The notes under the pieces: model-generated | The model's input: the letters and a program-made list of their open reading frames with translations, nothing else | Told to the model about the DNA's origin: nothing | Database searches by the model: none | Position numbers and translations under genes: made by a program | Assembly (NCBI GenBank): GCA_951406725.2 | Contig: OX597835.1 | Coordinates: forward strand, 30,256,001-30,320,000 | Source of the DNA: Octopus vulgaris | Taxonomy: Eukaryota | Direction of reading: 5' to 3' | DNA: 64,000 bases | Shown here: piece after piece, positions 1 through 14,100 of the stretch | How positions within the stretch are numbered: the first letter of the stretch is position 1 | Layout of the letters: the number at the start of each line of letters is the position of its first letter

Positions 1-270
<270 letters not shown>

Positions 271-715
271 CTATTTGAGAGAGGGAGAGAGATTGAGCGA
301 TAGTTAGATGGCTAGTTGGATTAATGAATGCATCGATGGATGGATAAATTTGCATGGCTAAGATGTATTTTGTTAATCTCGTGGATTTGCAAAATAAATA
401 AAATTAAAGAAAAACATCCCCGCGCCACCAAAAATACAAATGAGCAAGAACAACGAAATATCGCCGATTAGGACAATACGGGAAAAACATAACAAGATGA
501 GGGAGAGAGGTTTTTTTTTTTCATTTATATTGTTTTGAAATTTGTAATGTTTTTCTTTTTCATCTTTTCTAGTTTCAAACAGAAGCTGATCTCTTTGGCC
601 GAGATTTAACTTCGACTGTGACGTTAGATCTATTGTTTCACGTCAAGAGTTAACTCCTGTTTAGACTTTCTCTAACGAAATCTCTCCCCTCTTTCTCTCT
701 CTCCCTCTCTCTATT

Positions 716-752
<37 letters not shown>

Positions 753-862
753 CTGTTTGTCCCTATATATATATTTCATATTTCTCTCTATTTTCCTCTA
801 TCTATATTTTCACCTTCTTGCCATCATTCAAATTTCTGTCTTTCGTTTCTCTTCCTCCCTTT

Positions 863-1330
863 CACCCAACCGAAACACTTATACTCCCTCTCTATCTCTT
901 TCACTCTCTCTTTCTCTCTCTGCCTCTCTTTATCACGTTCTCTCTCATACACACACATAATAACATATACACAAATATACGCACACTCAAGCAATGCCCC
1001 ACTTTTTCTCACTCGCGCACACACTCTGTCACAAACACACACATCTCTTTCCCCCACTCTCTCTCTCACGCACACACACACACAGAAAACACGCTCCCAC
1101 GCACATACATACACACACACCCAACCGAAACACTTATACACCCTCTCTATCTCTCTCAGTCTCTCTCTCTCTCTTTCTCTCTGTGCCTCTCTTTATCCCC
1201 TTCTCCTTCTTTCACACACACAAGCACACACAGATATACACACCCTCAAGCAATTCCTCTCTCATTCTCACTTATATATACACACACACACTCTGTCAGA
1301 GACACACAAATCTCTTTCCCTCTCTCTCAC
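863..1330. repeat. Diverged ~255 bp tandem duplication in CT/CA-rich sequence
   Basis: CACCCAACCGAAACACTTATA..CCCTCTCTATCTC occurs at 863 and 1118; CTCAAGCAAT and CACACTCTGTCA also recur at a similar offset. Confidence 0.75.
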
Positions 1331-1534
1331 ACACAAAAGGAAAACGCACATACACATACACAGTAAACAGACACACACACACACACATGCATCACAGGGT
1401 AATTGTAAAATCATCGTGTAGAATTAAATTATCTTCTTTTTTAGAATTTTGTCCTTTATGTGATAAAGTTAATCTTTAAAGAACGTTTAAAAATTTCATT
1501 CGTCTATTCTCTCGTCATTAATAAACAGAGAAAA

Positions 1535-1670
1535 ATTATGTCTAGTTAAGAAGCTCTCTGTGCAATAATGCGGTTTCATGTTCAGTCCCACTACGTGGCA
1601 CGTTTAGCAAGCTCCTTTTAGTATAACCCTAGGCTCACTAAAGGGAATTTGGTGGACGGAAATCATATGT
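1535..1670 (+). mobile_element. Degraded 5' part of SINE family B
   Basis: GTTCAGTCCCACTACGTGGCAC...GGAATTTGGTGGACGGAAA matches the B-box/body of the full copies at 10706-11070 and 39065-39482. Confidence 0.65.
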
Positions 1671-1689
1671 ATGCTTCCGATGAGAATTA

Positions 1690-2355
1690 ATGTTGTAAGA
1701 AGATCCCCCGGAAGGAAAACCCCGAGGACAAAGAAATAAGAAACTACAGTTTGGTTGAAGCCATAGCCATTCGTAATAAAATGAGGTGTACTGGTTGAAT
1801 GTCCCAGTGAAAACCTCAATGTAAACACAATAGACCTGACATAGTAATTTGGGATGAAGAAGAGAAACTGTGGATAATTATGGAAGGCAGCTGCCCAGCG
1901 GATATTAATACAAAGCTAAAGATCCGCGAAAAAGAAAATATTTATGCAGAACTATTGAGGAACCTATAGATACTCTATCCAGATTACAAGTTCAGGTTTA
2001 TGCCTGTAATTATTGGGGTACTCGGATATGTAATACGCTGCTTAAATATGAATCTGGAGAAATGAGGCTTCTCATAATCACAAAACAGATAGCTGATCCG
2101 AAAACTACAAATTCAAGACATCACTGGAGCTGTAAAAAACTGTGAAACTCTTCCGAAGTTTATCACTTGAATATATATGTGCATGTCTAGATATGCAAGT
2201 ATACACAATGAGAATACATACATAAAACAAAGCATACAAATATGCACATATATATACATACATACCCTGTTAATGTTGCTGAAACTCCAATGGAACTATG
2301 CTAGAAACCGACTCTTTCTTTAGTGGCAAGAAATCTTGAAATAAAACTGAATAAT
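1690..2355 (+). mobile_element. 5'-truncated non-LTR retrotransposon, R4/Dong-like (restriction-like endonuclease domain + 3' UTR), disrupted
   Basis: Manual translation from 1820: CKHNRPDIVIWDEEEKLWIIMEGSCPADINTKLKIREKENIYAELLRNL*ILYPDYKFRFMPVIIGVLG...IQDITGAVKNCETLPKFIT* (stop ~2170). This carries the RLE motifs RPD, E..P, K..Y and PVIIG.LG, with in-frame stops; the 3' UTR ends AATAAAACTGAATAAT. Confidence 0.85.
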
Positions 2356-2629
2356 GGCACACATACATCGCTCCTCAGTGGAGAGAATGTTGCACGCTCG
2401 ATCGCGATATCTAGGTTTCAAATTCTGGATCGGATGGTGATCTGCTAAGACTTGGACACCTGACATGTAGTACATCGTGCTCCTGTTCAGGTAACGTCAA
2501 TTTAATGGATAGTAATGGATAAAGGTAAACTAAAGTACAGTCCATACCTTTGATCGCTATAAATATATCGTCTGTACCGGTTGTTCAGCAAGAAATTGGT
2601 AAAACTTTCTTGAAGAATTTTTAACCGAA

Positions 2630-2920
2630 AGAATCAACCTCAATACCTATTTCTTGGTTCTTATTCCATGTTTCCTATTTTGCAGAACGGCTAAATTAGA
2701 TGAACATAAACACACCAACACCGTTTTGCAAACGTTGAGGGGGAAAACACAGGCACAAAGTCACACACACATATGACGGGTTTCTTTCATTTCTTGTCAG
2801 TTTCTGTCAGCTTTGGTCAACTCGAGGCTATTGTAGAAGACACCAGCCCAATGTGCCATGCGTTGGGACTGAATCCAGAACCATGTGCCCAGGAAGCAAA
2901 CTTCATACCACACAGCCACT
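2630..2920 (-). mobile_element. Degraded SINE family B copy
   Basis: AAACACACCAACACCG, GACGGGTTTCTTTCA, CGAGGCTATTGTAGAAGACAC and GGGACTGAATCCAGAACC are colinear with the full copies. Confidence 0.7.
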
Positions 2921-3169
2921 CTTCTTTTATGGTAAGATCTACAAAAACATACTTCAGCCAGTGAGAGATGAATACCATTTAATGCACACAGTAAAAGAAA
3001 CGAACTACTAATAGTTTCTGGCTTTTGAGACACGTGTCTACAGAGGTCTTTTTTATAGCATGCCTTGTGTCTCTAAGCAATTTCAGGCTTTGAGTACATG
3101 GTCTCTGATACAAAAGAAATCGAGAGAAAAAAAACGAGAAGTTTTTTCGTATTTCTTCTTGTTATCTTT

Positions 3170-3211
3170 TCTAGTAGTAGTTGTAATAGTAGTAGTAGAG
3201 GTAGTAGTGGC

Positions 3212-3270
<59 letters not shown>

Positions 3271-3533
3271 AAGCAGTATCGGCAGTTGTAGCCGTATTAA
3301 AGTATTAGTAATAGTAGTATTAACATCATTAGTATCAGTATTAGTGGTAGGGGTATTATGATCGCCATCATCTTTATTTTTATTGTTATTATTATTATTG
3401 TTATTATTATTATTATTATTCATCGTAGTATTAGTAATGGTGATAGTAGTTGTAGTGGTAGTAGTAATGATGTTCGTAGTAGCAGAAGCAGTAGTAATGA
3501 TGTTGGTAGTAGTAGTAGTAGTAGCAGCAACAA

Positions 3534-3566
<33 letters not shown>

Positions 3567-3579
3567 CAGTAGTAGTAGC

Positions 3580-3649
<70 letters not shown>

Positions 3650-3794
3650 TATTTATAGGTTCCGTAAATGTAATGATGTATATAGAAGCTGGACGTCGTT
3701 AAATATATCATATGTTGTATATTTATTACTAGAGTAATATGTTAAGTATAGACAACTGAAGATTCACTTTCCAACAGAAACAACAAAGGCATCA

Positions 3795-3868
<74 letters not shown>

Positions 3869-3890
3869 AGTAATGGTAATAATAATAATC
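3170..3890. repeat. (AGT)n/(AGC)n/(AAT)n trinucleotide microsatellites
   Basis: Directly visible; source of the poly-S/V/T/L/I pseudo-ORFs. Confidence 0.95.
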
Positions 3891-4107
3891 GTAACCCTGT
3901 TTTCATTTAATACTTCCTCCATAAGAGGAAAATATTTGCCCATATCTGAAGAGAATTCGTAAAGTAGAGTTAAAAATGCGTCCAGCAACGAAACACTTTC
4001 TCTTTTGCTTTATGCAATAATCACACATACATACATGCATGCATGCATACATACATATATACATATATGTATGTATGTATATCAGCTTGTATGTATATAT
4101 ATATATA

Positions 4108-4138
<31 letters not shown>

Positions 4139-4187
4139 ATATAGGTATTATAAATTTACGCATGATATATAATAACGTTATCCATGC

Positions 4188-4226
<39 letters not shown>

Positions 4227-4610
4227 TGTATGTGTGTGTATACATGTATATATTTTTGTATATATATTTGTATATAGGTATATATATCTATATATATGTA
4301 TATGTATATAAATATATTGTACAGGATTAAATATTCATACATCTAGAGATAATACCACTGAGCTGGCTTTTATCCAGGAATGGTGTTGTCCCTTCTTTAA
4401 ATTGATCCGACTTACTAATCTTCAATTTTCCCTATATTTTATTTCATTCATTATTATATTTTATTATATTTTAGTTTTTGGTGCTTTCCAAAGCTATAGC
4501 CACAATATTGGTTTGGACAAAGAGATCTATGCATATAATGTATACACTCAGAAATATAATCACATTGAAACAAACGCACACATCTCTGAATATGTATATA
4601 TATATGTATA

Positions 4611-4703
<93 letters not shown>

Positions 4704-4712
4704 ATATACATA

Positions 4713-4752
<40 letters not shown>

Positions 4753-5041
4753 TATATATTTGTGGGTATGTTTATATCTGAGTTTCTATGAAATAATACA
4801 GTTTAATGTTATATATGTATATACATATCTATATCCGTATGTGCATATGCATAGGAACACACACACAGACACACACACACTGTCTCTTTCTTTCTCTCTC
4901 TCTCTCTCACGCACTCACACACTCACATATGGATACATACCCATTTGTGTGTATGTTTGTGTATATATATATACATACTGATTTGTATATATATATATAT
5001 GTATATATGTTTGTATGTTTATATATATATATAAATATGTT

Positions 5042-5090
<49 letters not shown>

Positions 5091-5440
5091 ACAAATGTGT
5101 GTGTGAGTGTTAGTATTTTCATATATATAACTTTATTAAATATCTCTCTCTATATATATATACATATATATATAAGTAGCATAAAGAGAGTGGGAGTGGA
5201 GGTGGCAAAGAGAGTTGGACAGAAGTTAAAGTTCTTGTTTTGGTATAATGTATTTGAATGTCAAGAGATCACAAGAACCTCACAGAAATTACAAGAATAT
5301 AACACACAAACACACAGAAAAAAAATAATAAACAAGAAAGAAAAACAACTTAATAATAATAATGAAAAACAAGTGAAAATATATAGCATGTAAAATAAGC
5401 GCCATACTATTGTTAAACATTTGCTAGTAGAAGTAATAAC

Positions 5441-5526
<86 letters not shown>

Positions 5527-5754
5527 TGATAACAACAACAACAAAAATAATAATAGTAATAATGATGATGAAGAGGAGGAGGTGGAGTAAAAAAGTAGGC
5601 CGAAGAGTGATGTGTGTAGATAAGTATTTGATGTGTTGTGAGTGGTACCGCATCAGATATATGATAAAAAATTGTTTCGAGAACTTTCCATTTTAAATTC
5701 TATCTATTGTTGTGTATTATTTTGATGTACGCCATTGCTTAGTTTACTTATGTG

Positions 5755-5824
<70 letters not shown>

Positions 5825-5833
5825 CATCCATCC

Positions 5834-5864
<31 letters not shown>

Positions 5865-5877
5865 CAACCATCCATCC

Positions 5878-5928
<51 letters not shown>

Positions 5929-6063
5929 CACCTATCTATCACTCCATCTATGAATCGATCCACCCTCCACCTATCTATCCCTTTATCTCTCTCTCTCTCT
6001 CTCTCTCTCTATTCATCTATTCATCCATATATCCAACCATCCACCTTTTATGTGTCCACCTTT

Positions 6064-6153
<90 letters not shown>

Positions 6154-6165
6154 GTCTGTCTATCG

Positions 6166-6213
<48 letters not shown>

Positions 6214-6356
6214 CTCTCTCTATATATATATCTATTTATCTATCTGTCTCTCTATCTGTCTGCCTGTCTGTCAGTCTGCGTGTATGTGTGTGTGACTGTC
6301 TTTTTCTTTCTATCTATATGTCCGTCCGTCCGTCTGCCCGTCTGTCTGTCTGCCTG

Positions 6357-6419
<63 letters not shown>

Positions 6420-6440
6420 GTCTGTCTGTCTGTCTGTCTG
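5755..6440. repeat. (TATC)n/(TGTC)n tetranucleotide array
   Basis: Directly visible; source of the 'SIYL' pseudo-ORFs. Similar arrays occur at 21735-21893 and 33240-33530. Confidence 0.95.
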
Positions 6441-6468
6441 TCCTATCAGTTTTTCTAGTATTTATTTA

Positions 6469-6500
<32 letters not shown>

Positions 6501-6871
6501 ACACATGCATTACTATATCTTTCTCTTTCTGTCTTTCCTCCTTTTTGGCGGGGGGGGGGAATCTACAGCTTGTAGACTGGCATTTTCCTAGTTTTTTTTT
6601 ATTTGAAAGATCAAAGAATTGCAGCTGCAAGACAATTATCATTATGACCATCGTGATCAACATGATCATGATCGTGATGATGATGTTGATGATGATGATG
6701 ATGATGTTGATGATGATGATGATGATGATGATGATGTTGATGATGATGATGATGATGATCAAAAAGTATACTATCCACTCCAATTATGAAGAAGAGAGAG
6801 GCTGAGGCCAATAAACTGTCCACCGTCTGTCTACCTTCTGTGAAAGGCCTCTCCGAATTTTGAAAGAGGTT

Positions 6872-7228
6872 TCTATAAAACTAGATTTTGAGCATTGATT
6901 CGCTATGGGGGTCCACTCGCAGAAAATTAGTCCATGCAATCAAATTAGTGAACTGAGGATCAACGGTAGTATTTTAAGTGTCAATGAAAAAATTCTGCTT
7001 TAGATGTATGGATTGTTATATATTGCAAGAAGAAGTGGGGATTCTTTCTTTAACATTTTTCGTAGTTCAATCGAAACAAGTTAATGTACAGAAAACAGAA
7101 TATGGATTTTGAAAGAAGCTTTTATAAAACTAGTTTTTAAACATTGAATGACTATTGGGGGATCCACCAGAATAAAATAGTAATCGACCGGGTCCATAGA
7201 TCAAAAGAAAAATAGTCAAGAACCACTG
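6872..7228. mobile_element. Possible hAT (Charlie-like) non-autonomous element remnant
   Basis: Ends in GGGTCCATAG...TCAAGAACCACTG, resembling hAT-MITE termini (CAGTGGTTCT TIR). An internal ~45 bp direct repeat TATAAAACTAG...GGGG.TCCAC lies at ~6874 and ~7122. The left TIR was not found. Confidence 0.4.
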
Positions 7229-7237
7229 TACTATAAG

Positions 7238-7478
7238 TGGAGGCGCGTGGATTAGGGGTTAGCGCATTGAACTCATGAACGTAAAATTGTGGTTTCGATT
7301 CCTGGACACGTTGCCTTCTTGAGCAAAATACTTTATTTCACGTTGCTCCAGTCTACTCAGCTGGCAAAAATGAGTAACCCTGCGACGGAACAGCGTCACT
7401 GGTGGGGTATTTATATGCCATAGAAAACCTGGAATCCGGCCCTCACGAGTCGGCATGGCACGAGAAGAGAACCTTTAT
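7238..7478 (+). mobile_element. tRNA-derived SINE (family A-related, different body)
   Basis: Head GTGGAGGCGCGTGG...GGTTTCGATTCC (A/B boxes), a CORE-like TTGAGCAAAATACTTTATTTC segment, and a tail CCTGCGACGG...GGCATGGCACGAGAAG shared with 19955-20232. Confidence 0.75.
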
Positions 7479-7719
7479 TGTACTATAGGTAGAAGTCCGG
7501 AAATTTGGGCGGAAGTAAGTTAACCAATTGCATCAAACCTAGTGCTCATGTGGTACATATTTTATCGAGTTTGAAGGGAAGAATGGCAAAGCTGAATCCA
7601 GCAGGATATGAACTCAAATCCTAAAGATCGTCAAGAAATCTCGCTAAGTGTTTTATCTGACGTACTAACGAGTCTGCCGGTTCAAACAATATAAAAATCT
7701 ATATTAATATGAATACTGT

Positions 7720-8315
7720 AAGGCAGTGAGATGGCAGAATCTGCAGTTCACCGGACAAAACGCTTTGCCATATTTCGTCCGTCTTTACGTTTTGAGTTCA
7801 AATTCCCCGAAGTCAACATTGCTCTTTATCTTTTCGGGGTCGATAAATTAAGTACTATGGGCGATGTAATCGACTTATACCCTCTCCCAAAATTGTAGGC
7901 TTTGTACCAAAATTTGATGTCAATATTAAAGTAAATAATTTAAGTTCTGAGTTCCAAGTTCTGCCGAGATCGATTTTGCCTTTCATCCTGTTGGGGTCAA
8001 TAAATCAAGTACTAGTTTTGTACTGGGGTCGATCTAATCGACTGGCCCCTTCCCCCAAAATTTAAGGCCTTATGCCCAGAGTAGAAAACAATAATGTAAG
8101 GCAGCGAGTTGGTAGAATCGTTAGCACGCTAGACAAAATGCTTAGCGGTATTTCGTCCGACCTTACGTTCTTGGTTCAAATTCCTCCAAGGTTGACTTCG
8201 CCGTTCATCCTTTCGGAATGGATAAAATAAATACAAGTTGATCACTAGAGTCAATGTAATCGAACTCGTCTCCTCTCCGAAATTGCCAGCCTTGTGCCAG
8301 AATTTGAAATCAATA
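7720..8315 (+). mobile_element. Cluster of three head-to-tail SINE family C copies
   Basis: Repeated GAGTTCAAATTCC..GAGGT.GACTTTGCCTTTCATCCTTTCGGGGTCGATAAA..AAGTAC body; heads AGGCAG.GAG.TGG.AGAATC at ~7721 and ~8099. Confidence 0.85.
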
Positions 8316-9539
8316 TTTATATGAAGATGGCGAGGTAGATTAAAATGGAAAGTATAAGGAGAGGAAACGGAGAAAGAGGAAGAAGTCGAAGGGGAAAAGC
8401 GAAAAAATAAAAATAAAAAATAATCAGCAACAGCAACAAAACAAAAATAATACAAACAGGAAAGAGAAGAATGTTTAGTTAGAAAAGGAGCAAAGACAAA
8501 AAAAAAAGCATGTAACCGTATTAAAAGCAGTGATTCAACGACAACTAGGCCAAAATTCGCCATTTTGTTATTTCGTATTATCGCCAAATCTAATCTGTAA
8601 AATGTTCAGATCAAATGGAAATTTACAGGAAAGAACAAATAAACAAAACAGTACATAAATGAATAAAAAATAAACATTTCCTTTTCTGGCTTGAGATGTT
8701 TTAGATATCAAAAAGAGTAAAAAAAGAGTTATGATAAATCGCCAAACAAACTTTTCTTTAAATTTAAACACGTATGTTCACACATACACACACTTGCACG
8801 CACACACTCATACACCGTAAATGTATACATATATCTACGTATATGTGTGTGTATGTATGTATGTATACGTAAATATTAACAACAAATTATGTGGAGATAA
8901 TGTACCGTTATTCTAACGCCAAACACCAAGAGAAGCGGAAATGCAAAAAGAATGTGATATTAAAACATACACACACACACACATACACGCACACGCATAC
9001 ACACACACACACATACACGCACATGCATACACACATGCACACGTACACACGTACAAACAAGCACATACACATACATATACACACAGAAACATATACATAG
9101 GCAAACAGATAGATGGACATATTGACACATCAATACATACACAGATACAAACATGAACATACACATATACACGAATAGACAGGGGAAAAAAATTGATACA
9201 TGGACACATGCACACACACGCACGCACACACACACACACATACACAGACAGACACACACATGCACACACACACACACACACACACACGCTCACACGCATA
9301 CTCGGAAAAATCTCAAAGAATTATGAAAATTTTGAGAATATTGTTTCGGCAACCCTTAAATATTTCAACGAAACACATTCTTTATTGAATACCTTGATAA
9401 ATTGAAACGCATTTATTATTTTCTTGACGGATTTTCTACTTAAAAGTTTTGCATTGAAATTTTCGGGTCAGATTTTTGAGATTAAGGAAAGATTATACGT
9501 TAGCGGAAAGAAGAAGGGGAAGAAACCGAATAAGAGGAA

Positions 9540-9773
9540 GAAAGAAAAAGAAGAAATAGTTGAAGAAGAAGTAGAAGAAGGAGAAGAAGGAGGAGAAGGA
9601 GAAGAAGGAGGAGAAGAAGAAGAAGAAGAAGAAGAAGAAGAAGAAGAAGAAGAAGAAGAAGAAGAAGAAGAAGAAGAAGAAGAAGAAGAAGAAGAAGAAG
9701 AAGAAGAAGAGGTGAAGTGCGAGGATGAAGAAAACGACGGAGTTGCGAAGCAATAACTCGTTATTATTTACAA

Positions 9774-9810
<37 letters not shown>
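9540..9810. repeat. (GAA)n polypurine array followed by (AAT)n
   Basis: Directly visible; source of the poly-E/poly-F pseudo-ORFs. Confidence 0.95.
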
Positions 9811-9811
<1 letters not shown>

Positions 9812-10440
9812 TAGAGAGAGAAACCTTAAAGAAAAGAACCTGGAAGTAAAATGGTTTTAATGCTGGTTGATATTTTTGCCCTGACCTTAAGATTTTGCTG
9901 TTTTATATAAAGTGAACAGAAATGTGTTATGCGTATGTATATATGCATGAATATACGCATTTATGTATGTATGTATGTATGTATGTATGTATGTATGTAT
10001 GTATGTATGTATGTATGTATGTATGTATGTGTGTATGTATCTATGTATCTATGTATGTATGTATACATTTGTGTATGTATAGTATGTGTATACATGTACA
10101 TGTGCATATATACATACATACATACATACATACACACACATACACACATTTTTATATGCACACGTACGCTTTTATGTATATATGTATATATATATATATG
10201 TGTGTGTGTGTTTGTGTGTTGTGTTCACATATAAATGCATCTATTCATCCATCTATCTATCTATCTACATATATATATATATATATATAATGTGAAATAG
10301 AAAGATTAATAATCTTGTTGCAGATTAATCAAAGGTTTAACTGATACCTTGGTAGCAAAAATCACAGCAGAAGACAGCACGGTTGGAGGTACAACCATAT
10401 GGTGTTGCAACCGTGCGTTGGTGCGGATAATTGAATTTTA

Positions 10441-10582
10441 ATATTATTAGTGAATTGAAGAAATGGAGTTGAACGAAGATTTTATTTCATTCTACACGAA
10501 ATTGTGCCTTTCGAAACACGTGTAGAATGAAATAAAACGATTTCTGTTCAATCTTCGTTCAACTCCATTTCTTCAATTCACT

Positions 10583-10590
<8 letters not shown>
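10441..10590. repeat. Near-perfect ~58 bp inverted repeat (fold-back), probable inverted Penelope-like 3' end
   Basis: 10441-10498 is the reverse complement of 10519-10590 apart from one ~10-12 nt indel. The loop junction holds GAAAC-ACGT-GTA (3' half of a minimal hammerhead). The structure abuts (TA)n. Confidence 0.8.
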
Positions 10591-10663
<73 letters not shown>

Positions 10664-10705
10664 GGTATATGTGTATGTATATATACACATATATATATTT
10701 ACTCT

Positions 10706-11070
10706 TTTATTATTTTACTTGTTTCAGTCAGTTGACTGCGGCCATGCTGGAGCACCGCCTTATTCTTTGTAACCCTAATGCTTATTCTATCGGTCACTTA
10801 TGCCGAATCGCTAATTCACAGGGACGTAAACACACCACCATCGGTTGTCAAGCGATATTGGGAGAACAAACACAAATACACAAACATATACGTACATACA
10901 TATACATATACATATATACGACAGGATTCTTTCAGTTTCCATCTACCAAATCCACTCAGGCCTGAGGCTATACTATAAGACACTTGCCCAAGGTGCCACG
11001 CAGTGGGACTGAACCCGGAACCATATGGTTGGTAAGCAAGCTACTTACCACATAACTAGTCCTGTGTCTA
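10706..11070 (-). mobile_element. Near full-length SINE family B (tRNA head, CORE-like segment, LINE-type tail)
   Basis: The minus strand reads GTGGTAAGTAGCTTGCTTACCAACC..GGTTCCGGGTTCAGTCCCACTGCGTGGCACCTTGGGCAAGTGTC...GGCGGTGCTCCAGCATGGCCGCAGTC..TGACTGAAACAAGTAAAA. Confidence 0.9.
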
Positions 11071-11119
11071 TGTATATATATGTATCTTTGCGTCTATGTA
11101 TATATATGTCTATATATGC

Positions 11120-11480
11120 TAGGCGGCATTTTGTCCGTCTTTACGTTCTGAATTGAAATTCCATGGGGGTCGACCTAGCCTCTCATCTTTTCAATATCGA
11201 TAAATTAAGTACTAGATGTAATCGACTTACCGCTACCCGGAAATTGATGGATCTGTGTATGAATTTTAAAATGTTTATTACGGGCGAACTAGTGGAAGTA
11301 TCGCATAAAATGCTCTAGGCATTTAAAATGTTTGACATCTTAAGATCTGAGCTAAAATCTCGCTAATGTTAACCTGGTCTTTCGCCCTTTCGTGGTCGAT
11401 AAATTAAAGCATCAGTCAAGCATTGGACGTGATGGTTACGATTGGAACCTTCTTTTTTAAATTTGTGGACCTTCTTCCTA
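11120..11480 (+). mobile_element. Two degraded SINE family C copies
   Basis: GTCTTTACGTTCTG..GTCGAC..CGATAAATTAAGTAC and CCTTTCGTGGTCGATAAATTAAAGC motifs. Confidence 0.65.
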
Positions 11481-12015
11481 AATTGCTGCTACAAATGATT
11501 AGCACTAGAAATGGTAAGAAATCCAACATAGATAAAAAAAAAAGAAAGACCGCAGTGATGTGACTGAAACAAGTAAAAGAAGAAACATAAAAAATAAAGG
11601 AAGATACCTCCTAATGATGAGGAATAGACTGCAATCTTGCGATTGATTCGGGAGAAGAGATTTCGAAACCTGTGAGTAGCTCCTACAAGTTTCCACGGAG
11701 ATGATGGGGGGTGGGGGCCATATCATCTTCACAGTGTATTTCCCGTTAATATATAGAAGATCATATGCATGTATGCCATATGGTAGAGTTCTATAGACAT
11801 ACATAACCATACAAATGTAGAATATAGTTCGTTGCTGAACCAAAAATATGGTGATACACCATTTGTACACAGTAAGAGAATCGGACTAACATGCACGCAC
11901 GCACACATACATGCATTCACGCAAAAACACACACACACATACACACACAAACACATACATATACAAAAAACATTCACCGAAACACTCTCTTATTTATATG
12001 CATATATTCATAAAT

Positions 12016-12047
<32 letters not shown>

Positions 12048-12115
12048 ACACATATATATACATATATATATATACATATATATATATACATATATATATA
12101 TACATATATATATAC

Positions 12116-12175
<60 letters not shown>

Positions 12176-12870
12176 CACACACGTCGCAGTATATGTGTAT
12201 GGATGTGTATATATATATGTGCGTGTGTATATATATATATGTTTGTATGTATGTATGTATATATTAATGTAGATATGTATTTGTTTATGTGTGTGTGTGT
12301 GTGTGTGAGTTTGCATACGGAGGCGTATATCTTAGTGATACGACTTAACTACCAAAAAAATAATAAAATAGAAATAATAATCAAAACCCCCCCAAAAAAA
12401 AATAATAATAAAAACAACTAAAAAAAATCCACAGTAACAAAACGACGAGAAAAAAACGACGGTTTCGTTGTTAAGTCAGTCGGATAAAGTAAAGAAGATG
12501 AAGCGGAGCAAAAACCCGAGTACTTAGAGGGTATGAAACCACATTTTTAGTGCTAAACTAAACTGAAACCTCGCAATATACAAGATAGAACAGACTTTAC
12601 GCTTATGGCCTAACATAAAGCTTGCTGTAAAACCAAAATAGATCACCGCAAGATTATCAAACGCAAGAAGAGATTTGTTTAACTTTGGTGCTTTCTTGTT
12701 TATTTTTTTGTTTGTTGTTTGTTGTTTGTTTCTGGTAGGACGAGGTGGGGGGAAGTGTTTGAAACGGAACCTATAATAATCGATCATTGGACGCCTGAAT
12801 GAGACAAGAACACGGAATACGTTTCGGAAAATTCAAAATATCTTTGATAATAATTATCAATGTTGACCAG

Positions 12871-12923
<53 letters not shown>

Positions 12924-13169
12924 AAAGCAAAAATAAAACAATAAAAAAAATTATATAAAATAAATGCTGAAGGAAAAACAACTTGGAAAAGAAAAAGAAA
13001 ATATGAAAGAGAGAGAAAAAGAGAGAAATGGAGAAATAATGACATAGATGCAAGCTAAGATTATGGGGATAGACTACAGAACGAGAGAATTAAGGAGAGA
13101 ATGAAATATATAGATGTACAAACACGCACACGCGCGTACACGCATACACGCACGCGCACACACACATAT

Positions 13170-13390
13170 TTATTTATTCTGTTACACGTTTCAGTCGTGT
13201 GACTGCAGCCATGCTGGTGCACCACCTTAAGATGTTTCAGTCAAGCAAATCGACCCAAGCCATGACTCACCCTTTGTAAGACTAGTACTTTATTCTGTCA
13301 GTCTCTTTTACCGAACCGCCAAGTTACGGAAACGTAAACACACGAACGTCGGTTGTCAAGCAACTATAGTACTGGGGACAAACACAGACA
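13170..13390 (-). mobile_element. 3' half of SINE family B
   Basis: GTTTCAGTC..GACTGCAGCCATGCTGG.GCACC...CCGAACCGCCAAGTTACGG..CGTAAACAC. Confidence 0.8.
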
Positions 13391-13431
13391 CAAACACACA
13401 CACACGCATACACACACACGCATACACACAG

Positions 13432-13462
<31 letters not shown>

Positions 13463-13714
13463 TCGTTGTTATTATGCAAAAGTGTTGTAAGTCCCAAATG
13501 TTGTGTGTATGTATGTATACTCATATAACATTGTGTTATGGGCCATAGGTGTATTGAGTTCTACACCAGGTTATTATTCTCGGTATGTGTGTGTGTATGT
13601 ATATATGTATGAATGCATATATATGTTTGCGTGTATATATCTATATCTATATGTATGTATGTATGTATGTATGCATGTATGTATGCATGTATGTATAAGT
13701 ATATGTATGTATAA

Positions 13715-13758
<44 letters not shown>

Positions 13759-13879
13759 GACAAAAGGAAAAAGGCACTAATGAGTATATTCAAATACCTA
13801 CAAGGCATTCAATGTGTGTGTGGGCGTGCGTGTGTGTGTTCATGTGCGTGAGTGTGTGTGTGTATGTGTGTGTATTTGT

Positions 13880-14100
13880 TTGTATGTGTGTCATGTGTTT
13901 CTGTTTGCCGTTGTCCTGTCGGCTTCGCAAACGGCATTGGTTTGTTTACATTCTCATAGGGAGCGATTGTGCAAAAGACTCTAATAGAATAAGAACCTTC
14001 CTAAGGACATAAAAACCAGCGCCCATTGGTTGAACTAAATCTTTGAAGGCAGTACCCTAGCATGGTCGCAATCCAATGACCGAAACTAGTAAAAGATTGA
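13880..14100 (+). mobile_element. Degraded 3' half of SINE family B
   Basis: TGGTTTGTTTAC...AATAGAATAAG...CTAGCATGGTCGCA..ATGACCGAAACTAGTAAAAGA tail. Confidence 0.65.

Noticed and set aside
3020-3050. GAGACACGTGTC palindrome resembling a hammerhead stem III
   Set aside because: GAGAC instead of GAAAC, and no upstream CUGANGA.
4352-4387. Possible decayed hammerhead (acca-CTGA-gCTGG..CCAG-GAA-tggt)
   Set aside because: Stems are present, but the core lacks NGA, the full GAAA and a cleavage triplet; it cannot be distinguished from chance.
9424-9756. Lys-rich then poly-Glu ORF resembling an acidic nuclear protein
   Set aside because: Explained by a (GAA)n array with purine-rich flanks; no splice or domain evidence.
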